Shown here one piece after another: positions 9,820-19,030 of a stretch of 64,000 nt of DNA (the first letter of the stretch is position 1; each line of letters opens with the position of its first letter). The notes under the pieces were generated by a model. It worked only from the letters and a program-made list of their open reading frames with translations, searched no databases and was not told the DNA's origin. The DNA comes from Escherichia phage I29: sequence record ON286975, one strand, 5' to 3'. The translations under genes were made by a program, and so were the position numbers.

Positions 9820-10908
9820 ATGGCTGTATTTAATGCTGAGAACACCGCTCATAAAACTGGTGACTATCCGCTGTTTCTGGGACAGCAAATGGGTATGTAC
9901 GACTCTATCAACAAAAAATATCCACAACTGTTTGAACTATACAAAAAACAAAAAGAGCAAGATTGGGCAGAGGATGAAGTGGATTTGTCGCAATCTATTT
10001 CAGATTTTGTAACATGCTCAAAGTCAACTTATGACGTGATGGTACAGACCTTGATGTGGCAATGGGAGGCTGATAGCGTTGCGGCAAGATCGATCATCTG
10101 CCTCTTTTCACCATTCATCACTAATAGTGAGCTTTTCACTCTATTGATGAAACAGTCAGAGATTGAAGTTCTTCACGCACTAACTTACTCAGAGATTGTT
10201 AGACAATGCCTCCCCAATGCCCGTGAGATTATAGAAGAGATTCAGGAAAACCAAAACGTTCTGAGCAGATCCGGCGTTATTGTCAAATACATGCAAGAGC
10301 TTGAGGTTATTGGTGCAAAATACCGCCTGGATCCTTCTAGTGTTGAAGAAGATATTGTGCGGAAATGCATTCTTAGAGCGCTTTTTGCACTTTTAGCCCT
10401 GGAAAGTATTGAGTTTATTGCAAGTTTTGCATGCACTTTCGCAGTAGCTGAACAGGGTATTTTTGTTCAGGTGGCGCAGCTTGTTCAAAAAATCATGCTT
10501 GACGAAATGCTACATTCGAAAGGTGATTTTGCCATCATTGATATCTTGCTTAACGATCCCGCATGGGAGAAAAGCTTCCTGGAGATAAAAGGGGAGTTAA
10601 AAGAGATTCTTGATGAAGTACGAACCAAAGAGTACGGTTGGAGTGACTATATTTTCAGCGAAGGAAGAGCGATTATAGGTCTTAACTCACCGTTGCTTAA
10701 AGAATGGGTTGACTATAACTGCTCACCGATTTATGATTACTACGACATCGACAAAGACTTTGTGCCGCCAACAAAGGACCCGCTACCGTTTATGCAGGTG
10801 TGGATGAAACCTTCATTGCAACAGACGGCGAACCAAGAAATGTCGAACACTGACTACCGCGTCAACACAACTGTTAACGACGCTGAAGAAGAAATTTGGG
10901 AGTTTTAA
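9820..10908 (+). CDS. nrdB: ribonucleoside-diphosphate reductase beta subunit
   Basis: ATG 9820 after hairpin and GAGGTAGAAT; ferritin-like ExxH (DEMLHSKGDF); directly follows nrdA. Confidence 0.8.
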   Translation: MAVFNAENTAHKTGDYPLFLGQQMGMYDSINKKYPQLFELYKKQKEQDWAEDEVDLSQSISDFVTCSKSTYDVMVQTLMWQWEADSVAARSIICLFSPFITNSELFTLLMKQSEIEVLHALTYSEIVRQCLPNAREIIEEIQENQNVLSRSGVIVKYMQELEVIGAKYRLDPSSVEEDIVRKCILRALFALLALESIEFIASFACTFAVAEQGIFVQVAQLVQKIMLDEMLHSKGDFAIIDILLNDPAWEKSFLEIKGELKEILDEVRTKEYGWSDYIFSEGRAIIGLNSPLLKEWVDYNCSPIYDYYDIDKDFVPPTKDPLPFMQVWMKPSLQQTANQEMSNTDYRVNTTVNDAEEEIWEF

Positions 10909-10911
10909 TAT

Positions 10912-11190
10912 ATGAGCTGCGAAAAATCTTTTTTCATCATCATTTACGGTAAGGATAACTGCCCACATTGTGTCAGAGCAAAAGAATTTGCAATCAGCAA
11001 AGGTCTGCCTTTTGTATATAAGACACTTGGCGAGGGCTACACAAAAGAAGAGCTTATTGAGAAGTGTAGTCCAATCGTCCCCCGAACGTTGCCGCAGATC
11101 TTCTTAGAAAGCGATCTTGACAGTATCCATATAGGCGGTGCCGACGATTTCATCTCTTTTGTTAAGAATGGTTTTGGAGAGAAAAAGTGA
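10912..11190 (+). CDS. glutaredoxin/NrdH-like redoxin
   Basis: CPHC thioredoxin-fold active site near N-terminus; 92 aa; between nrdB and nrdD. Confidence 0.75.
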   Translation: MSCEKSFFIIIYGKDNCPHCVRAKEFAISKGLPFVYKTLGEGYTKEELIEKCSPIVPRTLPQIFLESDLDSIHIGGADDFISFVKNGFGEKK

Positions 11191-13325
11191 AAGTTGTAAA
11201 ACGGGACGGTAGAGAAGAGTTCTATAACGGAATTAAGGTGATCAAGGCGGCAGAGTCCGCCTTACTTGAGTCTGGACATACTGAAGAAGAAGCTTACCGG
11301 ATCGCTTGTGCGGTTAATGAAGTTGTTGCTAACAATCTGCCAACCGACCAGTGCACGATCTCTGTAAAAAATATCCATATCCTTGTTGAAGATGCTCTTA
11401 TGGATATGGGTTTAAAATGTGCAGCCAGAGAATACATCCAGTATAGACAGACAAGAGATAATAACAGAGAGGCAGGTGGAAAACTGCTTGCAGATATTAG
11501 TGGCTTCTTGGATCGAACTTGTGATGAATTTACAAAAGAAAACGCAAATAAGCCCACTAATCATGTACACACTCATCGTGACCTGCTTGCAGGCATCCTT
11601 AGCAAACACCTTGCATCAACACAGATCCTGCCAGACCGTGTCTCCGAAGAGCACAATAAAGGCTTCATCCATGTGCATGATCTTGACTACTTGATCAGTC
11701 CGTTAACAAACTGTTGTTTGGTAAATTATCCAGATATGCTGGAAAACGGATTCAACATTGGTAACGCCCATGTCAGTAAGCCGAAGTCAATAGGGGTTGC
11801 AACAACAATCCTTAGCCAAATCTCCAGTGCGGTAGCTAGTGCTCAATATGGTGGTCAGACTATGAGCCATATTGATCATTATCTGGCACAGTATGCTGAA
11901 GCGACCTATGAGAAGAACCTTAAATTTTGCCAGGAACATTGGTTGCCAGATGCTGAGACCGTTGCAATGCAAATGACAGATAAAGACGTGTTTGACAGCA
12001 TGCAGACTTTGCTCTATCAAATCAATACGTTAACCTCTGTCAACGGGCAAACTCCATTCATCACATTAAGTTTAGGACTGGATACCTCGGTCTTTGGTAG
12101 AATGATTACCAAAAATTACTTGAAAGTCCACAAAATGGGTCTTGGTGAAGAACGGATCACACCTGTGTTCCCTAAAGTGCTGTTCTTCCTAGAAGAGGGT
12201 GTCAACATGAGCCCTAGAGATCCTAACTATGATTTGAAACGATTAGCTCTGGAATGCTGTGCAGAACGTATCTATCCTGACTTCGTATCTGTACCACTAA
12301 ATAGAAAAGTGACAGGCTCGACAGATGGCAAAGTAACGAGCATGGGTTGCCGGAGTTTTCTTAGCAAATACAATGACTTGGAAACAGGCGAGGAGAAATA
12401 CCTTGGCAGATTTAACTTAGGCGTTGTTAGCCTTAACCTGCCAATGATTGCGGCAAAAGCTAAGACGGAAGGTGTTGATTTCTTTGCAGTTCTTGACGAA
12501 TACTTAGATCTTGCATACGAGGCTCACCTTGTAAGGGTTAACCGTCTAAAAGGAACAAAGGCAGGGCAGAACCCCATCATGTGGTGTGAAGGCGCTCTTG
12601 CTCGCCTGGATCCTGAAGAAAGTATTGATAAACTCTTCTATGACGGGTACGCTTCCATCAGCATTGGGTACATTGGTGTGTATGAAACCTGTCAGATTTT
12701 GGGCAGAGAAGGTGACAAGGCTTTAGCTCTTGGAATCCTTCAGCACATGAGAGATGCTTGTGAGCGATACAAGAAGGAAAGTAGACTAGCATTTAGCTTG
12801 TACGGCACTCCTTCTGAGAGTCTATGCTATAAAGCTGCAACCTGTCTGGATCGTGAATATCCAGAAGTGTTAAAGCACGAGCATGAATATCTCACCAACA
12901 GTTTCCATCAGCCAGTATGGATCAATAGCTCTCCTTTTGATAAGTGGGAGTATGAGGAAGGTTTTGCTATGATCTCCTCCGGTGGCAACATCGGATACGT
13001 AGAGACACCTAACCTGAAAAACAACCTTGATGCTTTAGAGGCTCTTGTTGACTTCGGGTATAAACACATTATGTATTTTGGTATTAACCAACCTGTGGAT
13101 AAATGTCTCAAGTGTGGTTTCTCTGGTGAGTTCAGTGCAACAGCTAAAGGGTTCTGCTGCCCTGCGTGCGGATGCCACGATGAACAATATATCTCAGTGA
13201 TCCGAAGAGTGTCTGGCTATCTCTCCAGCCCGAACAGTAGGCCGTATAACACAGGTAAACAAGCAGAGGTTATCGAACGTGTTAAACATGTTGGGAATGT
13301 AGACTGTTGTCCGTTGAGTAAATAA
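11187..13325 (+). CDS. nrdD: anaerobic ribonucleoside-triphosphate reductase
   Basis: GTG start after GGAGAG; N-terminal ATP-cone (MKVVKRDGREEFY); C-terminal glycyl-radical RVSGYL and CxxC...CxxC. Confidence 0.9.
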   Translation: MKVVKRDGREEFYNGIKVIKAAESALLESGHTEEEAYRIACAVNEVVANNLPTDQCTISVKNIHILVEDALMDMGLKCAAREYIQYRQTRDNNREAGGKLLADISGFLDRTCDEFTKENANKPTNHVHTHRDLLAGILSKHLASTQILPDRVSEEHNKGFIHVHDLDYLISPLTNCCLVNYPDMLENGFNIGNAHVSKPKSIGVATTILSQISSAVASAQYGGQTMSHIDHYLAQYAEATYEKNLKFCQEHWLPDAETVAMQMTDKDVFDSMQTLLYQINTLTSVNGQTPFITLSLGLDTSVFGRMITKNYLKVHKMGLGEERITPVFPKVLFFLEEGVNMSPRDPNYDLKRLALECCAERIYPDFVSVPLNRKVTGSTDGKVTSMGCRSFLSKYNDLETGEEKYLGRFNLGVVSLNLPMIAAKAKTEGVDFFAVLDEYLDLAYEAHLVRVNRLKGTKAGQNPIMWCEGALARLDPEESIDKLFYDGYASISIGYIGVYETCQILGREGDKALALGILQHMRDACERYKKESRLAFSLYGTPSESLCYKAATCLDREYPEVLKHEHEYLTNSFHQPVWINSSPFDKWEYEEGFAMISSGGNIGYVETPNLKNNLDALEALVDFGYKHIMYFGINQPVDKCLKCGFSGEFSATAKGFCCPACGCHDEQYISVIRRVSGYLSSPNSRPYNTGKQAEVIERVKHVGNVDCCPLSK

Positions 13326-13336
13326 GGAAAGAGGTG

Positions 13337-13369
13337 GAGAGCAAGGATGCTCTCATTTTTTTTTTTTTT
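13337..13369 (+). terminator. strong intrinsic terminator after nrdD
   Basis: gagagc-aaggat-gctctc hairpin followed by a 14-T run. Confidence 0.7.
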
Positions 13370-13376
13370 GTTTTTA

Positions 13377-13405
13377 TTGACTTCTATTCCTCTTTTCTAT
13401 AGTAT
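13377..13405 (+). promoter_or_regulatory. sigma70-type promoter
   Basis: TTGACT-17-TAGTAT upstream of ORF 13444. Confidence 0.5.
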
Positions 13406-13443
13406 GCAATATAAAGTGAATAGCGGAAGGGTCTGGTCTGGTA

Positions 13444-14376
13444 ATGAGAAGACTAACAACCGAAGAGTTTATAGAAAAAGCTCAGACTATACATGGTGAC
13501 AAATATGATTACTTCAAAGTGGAGTATAAAAACAACAAGACACCTGTGTGTATAATTTGTCCTGAGCACGGTGAGTTCTGGCAAACCCCTGTGGCACATG
13601 CTTTCAAGAATCATGGTTGTCCAAGGTGTGGTGGGTCAGCGAAAAAGAACACTGAAGAGTTCATAAAAGAGGCTATGGCTGTTCATGGGGACAAGTACGA
13701 TTACTCATTAGTCAAATATGCGAACATGAGAACGCCTGTAAAAATTGTTTGCCCTGAACACGGTGTGTTTGAACAATACCCTGAAAACCACTTATACCAA
13801 AGAAACGGCTGCCCAGAGTGCTATGACTTAAGACGTGGGCAAAGTCAAGCGTTAACCCATAAGGAGCATGCTGCAATTATCCACAAAGCCAACCCAGACA
13901 TAGAAATATTAGAGAAAATTGCCAATGATAACACAAAAGTGCAATGTAGGTGCAAAATTTGTGGGTATAAGTGGTCTGCTAAACCTAATAACCTAAAAAG
14001 TGGTCGTGGCTGCTGTAAATGCGCACAAAATGGATTCTTATCTCATGAGTACGGTAAACTCTACATTATGGTTGATGACTTAGAAGTGCCAACACTTATG
14101 AAAATCGGTGTATGCGTTAAAATGCACAGGAGGAAAAATGAGGTGCTTAACAGTGCTCGTAAATCTGGCGCAGGTGTCCACACTCTTCACGTAGTAAAAA
14201 CATGGAGCGGATCAACTCAAAACATGGTAGATTTAGAAAAATCTGTGCATAAGGCCTTGAGCAAGTATAAAATAAACTTTCCTGTAAAATTTGACGGTAG
14301 CACTGAGTTTTTCTACTACAGGCCTGAAGTGTTTGACACGGTAGAAGAGGTATACAAGAAGATTTGTGGTAAATGA
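13444..14376 (+). CDS. free-standing homing endonuclease-like protein (tandem zinc-ribbon repeats, GIY-YIG-like C-terminus, tentative)
   Basis: Three repeats of HGDKYDY...CPEHGxFxQxP..H...GCPxCGG; C-terminal KLYIMVDD...LMKIGV...RR..E resembles GIY-YIG; inserted between nrdD and nrdG with own promoter and terminator. Confidence 0.45.
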   Translation: MRRLTTEEFIEKAQTIHGDKYDYFKVEYKNNKTPVCIICPEHGEFWQTPVAHAFKNHGCPRCGGSAKKNTEEFIKEAMAVHGDKYDYSLVKYANMRTPVKIVCPEHGVFEQYPENHLYQRNGCPECYDLRRGQSQALTHKEHAAIIHKANPDIEILEKIANDNTKVQCRCKICGYKWSAKPNNLKSGRGCCKCAQNGFLSHEYGKLYIMVDDLEVPTLMKIGVCVKMHRRKNEVLNSARKSGAGVHTLHVVKTWSGSTQNMVDLEKSVHKALSKYKINFPVKFDGSTEFFYYRPEVFDTVEEVYKKICGK

Positions 14377-14428
14377 TTGTAGAAAGATATGCATATCTTA
14401 AACATGCTATTAACTAAGGAGGTGCAGT

Positions 14429-14545
14429 ATGTCATCAGGTATTTATAAAATTTGCAAGTGCGGCTGTAGTTGCAATCTTCGTTGGTGCAAGGCACTAGAC
14501 GATTTTATTTGGCATTGCCCTAAATGTGATGCGGAGTATCTATGA
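14429..14545 (+). CDS. small Cys-rich (zinc-ribbon-like) protein, 38 aa
   Basis: MSSGIYKICKCGCSCNLRWCKALDDFIWHCPKCDAEYL; AAGGAGG RBS; stop overlaps nrdG ATG (ATGA coupling); below track length cutoff. Confidence 0.5.
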   Translation: MSSGIYKICKCGCSCNLRWCKALDDFIWHCPKCDAEYL

Positions 14546-15015
14546 ACATTGTCGGATACACAGAAATATCTTACACCGAAGGGCCAGGTATTAGAACTGC
14601 CTTGTGGGTATCTGGGTGCCCACACGCTTGCCCTGGTTGCTTTAATCAGGCATTTTGGTCAAAAGATAAGGGGAGGGAGTTCACTGAAGAAGACTTGCAA
14701 AAAATCTTGTCAGATTTAGATAACCCGTCTGTGTGCGGTATCTCTCTGCTGGGTGGAGAACCCTTAGCATACTATAATGAGCCAGATATTATTAGCCTGA
14801 TGGAGAAAATTAAGGAAAAATTTGGTGACAAGAAAACTATTCTTGTATATACTGGGTTCACATTTGACCATATCTCTAGTGATGTTCTTAAACTGGCTGA
14901 TATCATCATTGACGGTAAGTATGTAAAAGATTTACCAACCAAGAAACCGTTCCGAGGCAGTGATAACCAAAGAATGTTTAAAAAAGTATCAGGCGGTTGG
15001 GTTCAGGTAGACTAG
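14542..15015 (+). CDS. nrdG: anaerobic ribonucleotide reductase activating protein (radical SAM)
   Basis: CPHACPGC (CxxxCxxC) radical-SAM motif; 157 aa; follows nrdD. Confidence 0.85.
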   Translation: MNIVGYTEISYTEGPGIRTALWVSGCPHACPGCFNQAFWSKDKGREFTEEDLQKILSDLDNPSVCGISLLGGEPLAYYNEPDIISLMEKIKEKFGDKKTILVYTGFTFDHISSDVLKLADIIIDGKYVKDLPTKKPFRGSDNQRMFKKVSGGWVQVD

Positions 15016-15018
15016 TTG

Positions 15019-15048
15019 TTGACAAAGCTTTGTTTAGATAGGTATAAT
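15019..15048 (+). promoter_or_regulatory. sigma70-type promoter
   Basis: TTGACA-18-TATAAT. Confidence 0.6.
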
Positions 15049-15079
15049 TATCGTAAAATGAAAGTAGAGGAGGTGCCAA

Positions 15080-15193
15080 ATGGCTAAAAAAGCCTTGAAG
15101 AAGGCGTACAAGAAAGAGATTGCGCTTGAGCTTAAGAAAAAACACAAGCGTGAAAAGAAACATCATGGAGATGAAGAGGGGGTGCAACAGTGA
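15080..15193 (+). CDS. small lysine-rich protein, 37 aa
   Basis: MAKKALKKAYKKEIALELKKKHKREKKHHGDEEGVQQ; GAGGAGG RBS; stop overlaps next start. Confidence 0.4.
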   Translation: MAKKALKKAYKKEIALELKKKHKREKKHHGDEEGVQQ

Positions 15194-15540
15194 CACAAGA
15201 ACGTATCGATTTGGCTAATAAGTTTGTAGATCTCATTTTGCCACGGTTAGTTACTCAACATGCAGATGCTATTTCTACTAATCTTGATGGCTTACGCCTA
15301 ATGCTGAATCGCACAGATGACCCTCGTATTCGGGCTGATTTAGAAGCCTCTGCCAACAAACTGGAAAAGTTCTTGCAAGTAGACACGCAAGAAGCCTTGC
15401 ACAAGATTATGGTGGAAGGTTTCTCTAAAGAATTTACCATTAAAGAGCTTAAGGAGCTGATCCACCAAGAAGAGATGAATATCCGAGTTCAGGCTGTTGC
15501 AAGCAGCATGGAAGCGGCTATTGAAAAACTGTTGCAGTAA
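15190..15540 (+). CDS. hypothetical protein
   Basis: 116-aa ORF, GTG start coupled to upstream small ORF. Confidence 0.45.
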   Translation: MTQERIDLANKFVDLILPRLVTQHADAISTNLDGLRLMLNRTDDPRIRADLEASANKLEKFLQVDTQEALHKIMVEGFSKEFTIKELKELIHQEEMNIRVQAVASSMEAAIEKLLQ

Positions 15541-15578
15541 AAGTACTTGGCACATCTCAATCTGAAAGGAGTCCCAAC

Positions 15579-16367
15579 ATGGGTCGAGCTAAAGAAACAA
15601 AACGCATGCGTGATGAAGCTAGAGAGGCTCGCAAATCTGATCGCTTGCGTAAGGCTGCTGAGAAATTTGCTGACGAAAGAGAGCACACCGCTCCAGCTCT
15701 CCGACCAATGAATAAGAAGCAGCAAAAGTATCTTGATTATCTAGGGTCACGTAAGATTATTATTGTAAACGGTGTGTTTGGATCCGGTAAGACATTTATG
15801 GCATCTGCATATGCAGGTGATCTTCTGCGTAAGAACGAGATTGATAAGATCATTGTTGCACGTCCTTACGTCCAGACAGGAAAGACTTCAGGATTTAAAC
15901 CCGGAAATGCAATTCAGAAACTGTGGCCCTATCTTCGAAGCATGATGGACACGATTTGTCGTCGTGTTGGCAAAGGTGCTTTTGCCGCAATGCTGGGAGA
16001 CGGTCAGAACAGTCGTATCGAGATTTGTGAGGTTGAAAGCATTCGTGGTCGTAGTTTCGATGAGCGATGCTTTGTCCTGATTGACGAGGCACAGCAAACT
16101 AACCCTGAAGAAATGTTGTCAATTATCACAAGGATCTCTGATCAAGCCACCCTTGTAATTATGGGTGATAATAGCCAACGTGACATCCCTGGTAAATCTG
16201 GCCTTGCGTGGGTGACGGATTTCTTTACTCGTCATCCAGATCCTGAGGTTGGAATGATCAGCTTTGATAGTCCAGACGATGTCGTTCGTTCCGGGTTGGG
16301 CCGTCAGATCGCACTCAATCTTATTGAGGATCGTGCAAATCATATTTGGACCCCTGTTTCCGAGTAA
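15579..16367 (+). CDS. phoH: PhoH-like ATPase
   Basis: Walker A GVFGSGKTF; PhoH-like IIVARPYVQTGK; AAAGGAG RBS. Confidence 0.8.
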   Translation: MGRAKETKRMRDEAREARKSDRLRKAAEKFADEREHTAPALRPMNKKQQKYLDYLGSRKIIIVNGVFGSGKTFMASAYAGDLLRKNEIDKIIVARPYVQTGKTSGFKPGNAIQKLWPYLRSMMDTICRRVGKGAFAAMLGDGQNSRIEICEVESIRGRSFDERCFVLIDEAQQTNPEEMLSIITRISDQATLVIMGDNSQRDIPGKSGLAWVTDFFTRHPDPEVGMISFDSPDDVVRSGLGRQIALNLIEDRANHIWTPVSE

Positions 16368-16372
16368 TACAG

Positions 16373-16393
16373 AAGGGTGGTTATTCCACCCTT
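16373..16393 (+). terminator. hairpin after phoH
   Basis: aagggtgg-ttatt-ccaccctt; no strong T-run. Confidence 0.35.
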
Positions 16394-16411
16394 AAATATC
16401 TAAAACAGTTG

Positions 16412-16440
16412 TTGACAAATAGGTAAGCTTTAGATATTAT
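16412..16440 (+). promoter_or_regulatory. sigma70-type promoter
   Basis: TTGACA-17-TATTAT. Confidence 0.55.
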
Positions 16441-16468
16441 TATCGGACAAAACAGAGAGAAGGACAGT

Positions 16469-16780
16469 ATGGCTACAATACAAGAGAAACTGAATAAAAT
16501 ATACTGCCTGTTTGTCTATAACGGCGAGACAATTTTGGCAAATAAAGGATCCAAGAATGTGTGGACCAAGGACAGCGGTGGTAATATAATTAACTTAGCG
16601 TTGCTACGTGAGCGCCGACACAGATTCTTTATCGAGTCTCGAATTATTGAAAGCAGCACTTGCTACAGAACAGGCGATAAAGTAATTGTTGACAATGATA
16701 CGTGGTATGTGGTAGATTGGCAATCATTGAGTTGTGATGCTTCTGACAATCGTAAGTACTCCATAGTGATTGCTAAATAA
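16469..16780 (+). CDS. hypothetical protein
   Basis: 103-aa ORF downstream of promoter. Confidence 0.5.
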   Translation: MATIQEKLNKIYCLFVYNGETILANKGSKNVWTKDSGGNIINLALLRERRHRFFIESRIIESSTCYRTGDKVIVDNDTWYVVDWQSLSCDASDNRKYSIVIAK

Positions 16781-16840
16781 AGGTAAATGTGAATCAGGTT
16801 TAAATAAATAGCTTTCAACTTCCAATATTAAGGATTTCTC

Positions 16841-17890
16841 ATGAATTTAACACCTCGCAGCACCATGGTACACGGCATGAAAGAAAAACAGAACGGTTTC
16901 GAACCTATGAGTAATAAAATGTTTGGTATGCCGGGCGGTATCATGGAAACATACAGCTACCCAACACCTGTTGTTGACCACGTTCTTTATATCGACGATT
17001 TGGAGGACCTGCAGGATCATATGTCTCGTCTGCAGACGATCCGTATGGCTCAGCCGGAAGAAAGCATTCGTGTGATCATCAATAGCCCTGGTGGTTGCGT
17101 GCACATTGCAATGGCTTATCTGCAGGCATTCCGCGAGTCTCAGGCAAGCGTTGTTGCACATGCTGAAGGGATGTGCTGCTCTGCTGGAACAATCTTATGG
17201 CTTGGTTGCAAAGAACGTACTGTGGCTCCGGACACAGAATTTATGTTCCACTACTATCAAGGTGGCACTTATGGTAACGGTGTTAACATGAATACTCAGG
17301 TCAGCTACTGGAAAAAACGTTTTGAACACCTGATCGAAAAATACTACGGTGGGGTGCTGACAGAAGATGAGATCGCATCCATCACAGCTGGTGGCGAAGT
17401 GTGGTTGGACGGAGAAGAGTTGGCAGCACGCACTGGAGCTATTATTCTGGATGAAGGCAACATACAACGCATCCAGAACGGACAAAAACCGAAAAAGCTT
17501 CTGGCAAAAGGTGATGAAGAAGGCGTGTTAGGTGAAGCAGGTCTTCCGGAGATTCATCAGTGCACATCTTTAGATGAGTTAGTTCATGCTGTTGAATCTG
17601 CAAAAGCGGGTGGTTCGAAAGGTGATGTTCACACTGTGTTCCTGAATCTGCAGATGGAAAGTGGCGAGACCGTCCGAATTGCCCTGGGTGAGATTACTTC
17701 AGAAGATCTGCAGAGATTCTCTGTCGTTGAACTTCAGGATATTCTGTCTCAATTGAAGACTACTCTGAACGGCGGTGAAGAGGTTAAGGTGAAAGATAAG
17801 ACTCGCAAGCGTCTTGTGGACAATATTATTAAAACAGCAAAAGAGCTCAATGAAAAAATCCTGGGTGCAGGAATTGTCGAAGAAGCTTAA
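16841..17890 (+). CDS. ClpP-like serine peptidase (S14 family) with C-terminal extension
   Basis: IINSPGGCVHIAMAYLQAF ~ ClpP YINSPGG; GMCCSAGT (Ser nucleophile); MFHYYQGG (His); AAGGA RBS. Confidence 0.6.
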   Translation: MNLTPRSTMVHGMKEKQNGFEPMSNKMFGMPGGIMETYSYPTPVVDHVLYIDDLEDLQDHMSRLQTIRMAQPEESIRVIINSPGGCVHIAMAYLQAFRESQASVVAHAEGMCCSAGTILWLGCKERTVAPDTEFMFHYYQGGTYGNGVNMNTQVSYWKKRFEHLIEKYYGGVLTEDEIASITAGGEVWLDGEELAARTGAIILDEGNIQRIQNGQKPKKLLAKGDEEGVLGEAGLPEIHQCTSLDELVHAVESAKAGGSKGDVHTVFLNLQMESGETVRIALGEITSEDLQRFSVVELQDILSQLKTTLNGGEEVKVKDKTRKRLVDNIIKTAKELNEKILGAGIVEEA

Positions 17891-17903
17891 ACATTAATTC
17901 TAA

Positions 17904-17925
17904 AGCCCTCTTCGGAGGGCTTTTA
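17904..17925 (+). terminator. intrinsic terminator
   Basis: agccctc-ttcg-gagggct followed by TTTT. Confidence 0.65.
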
Positions 17926-17941
17926 TGATCTGGAGATTTGC

Positions 17942-18475
17942 ATGACTTGTGCTAGAAAACCTGATGAACAACGTAACGCCTACGATGAGTATGTGACACC
18001 GGAGTGGTGTGCAGAAGGGCTGTATGACCTTATTCCGTTCCCAGAAGACTGGACCTACTTAGAGCCTTGCAGGAATAGTGCCTCAGGTGTGTTCTACTCC
18101 CGTATGCCGTTAGGATCTGCATGGGGAGAAATCCAAGAAGGTGTTGACTATCTGAATACAGAATACAACCATGTTGACTGTATTATCACCAACCCGCCGT
18201 ACAGCCTGGCTCGTGAGTTTGTGGACAAGGCGTTGAAAGATGCCGACGTAGTTATTATGCTTTTGCGTCTTAATTTTCTGGAAAGCAAGGCCAGATTTGA
18301 ATGGTGGCTTGATAATGCACCTACCACTGTGATCACAATATCTAAGCGTCCGTCATTCCAATCTAATGGTAGAACGGATGGGCAGGCATATGCATATTTT
18401 GTGTGGGATAAGAAAAACCGTTTAGACTTGCCGCCATTTATGTGGTTGGCACCCCCAGAGGTAGACCTGAAATGA
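17942..18475 (+). CDS. small phage Dam-like DNA N6-adenine methyltransferase
   Basis: DCIITNPPYS (motif IV NPPY) and YVTPEW; 177 aa. Confidence 0.6.
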   Translation: MTCARKPDEQRNAYDEYVTPEWCAEGLYDLIPFPEDWTYLEPCRNSASGVFYSRMPLGSAWGEIQEGVDYLNTEYNHVDCIITNPPYSLAREFVDKALKDADVVIMLLRLNFLESKARFEWWLDNAPTTVITISKRPSFQSNGRTDGQAYAYFVWDKKNRLDLPPFMWLAPPEVDLK

Positions 18476-18756
18476 AAATGAGTGCTAAGGACAAATTACA
18501 CCAGTTAGCGCTAAAACGTCCTGTAACGCTCCCTGACGAGCTTAACTCCATTTATGATGCGATTGTAGGGGAGATACAAAATAAAGCGTTAGCAGGCTTT
18601 CTGGGATGCGGATTTTCGATAAATCTACCGTCGCATCTCTCAGATTACTTCCCGCACATTGTTGGAGATTTAAGGGCAGGAGGTTTGCAGGTAGATGTTG
18701 TCGGCATCTCTCCAGAGAAAAATAACACGGTTGCCTACTTGACAGTAACCTGGTAG
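18472..18756 (+). CDS. hypothetical protein
   Basis: ATG overlaps upstream stop (ATGA); GAGGT RBS. Confidence 0.45.
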   Translation: MKMSAKDKLHQLALKRPVTLPDELNSIYDAIVGEIQNKALAGFLGCGFSINLPSHLSDYFPHIVGDLRAGGLQVDVVGISPEKNNTVAYLTVTW

Positions 18757-18790
18757 TTGTGTATTGTTGTTCTCAACAAGGGGGTCATTT

Positions 18791-19030
18791 ATGTACAAGT
18801 CATTCTCAATTTACTCAAGACAGGCGAAACACTACACAGAGATCCTGATTACTCAGAAAAAATCTGTAGAAGGTGAGTGGGAATATCACCATAAAATGTT
18901 GCGTCCAGATTGGGTTTTTGATAGACTTATTGCCATGATCCCTCTTGGGGAAGTATACCCTCTGACAGCCCATCGCGATGCTTGGGATTTAATTGATTAC
19001 ATAGATTCATTTAAGGAGCCTAGATTATGA
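18791..19030 (+). CDS. hypothetical protein
   Basis: ATG 18791 after AAGGGGG RBS. Confidence 0.45.
   Translation: MYKSFSIYSRQAKHYTEILITQKKSVEGEWEYHHKMLRPDWVFDRLIAMIPLGEVYPLTAHRDAWDLIDYIDSFKEPRL

Noticed and set aside
13444-14376. Endonuclease ORF as part of an intron within nrdD or nrdG
   Set aside because: nrdD is complete through its glycyl-radical motif and is followed by a strong terminator; the ORF has its own promoter and nrdG is intact, so it is free-standing.
16841-17890. Calling the ClpP-like gene a prohead maturation protease
   Set aside because: No capsid or scaffold genes are adjacent in this window; left as a ClpP-like peptidase of unknown role.
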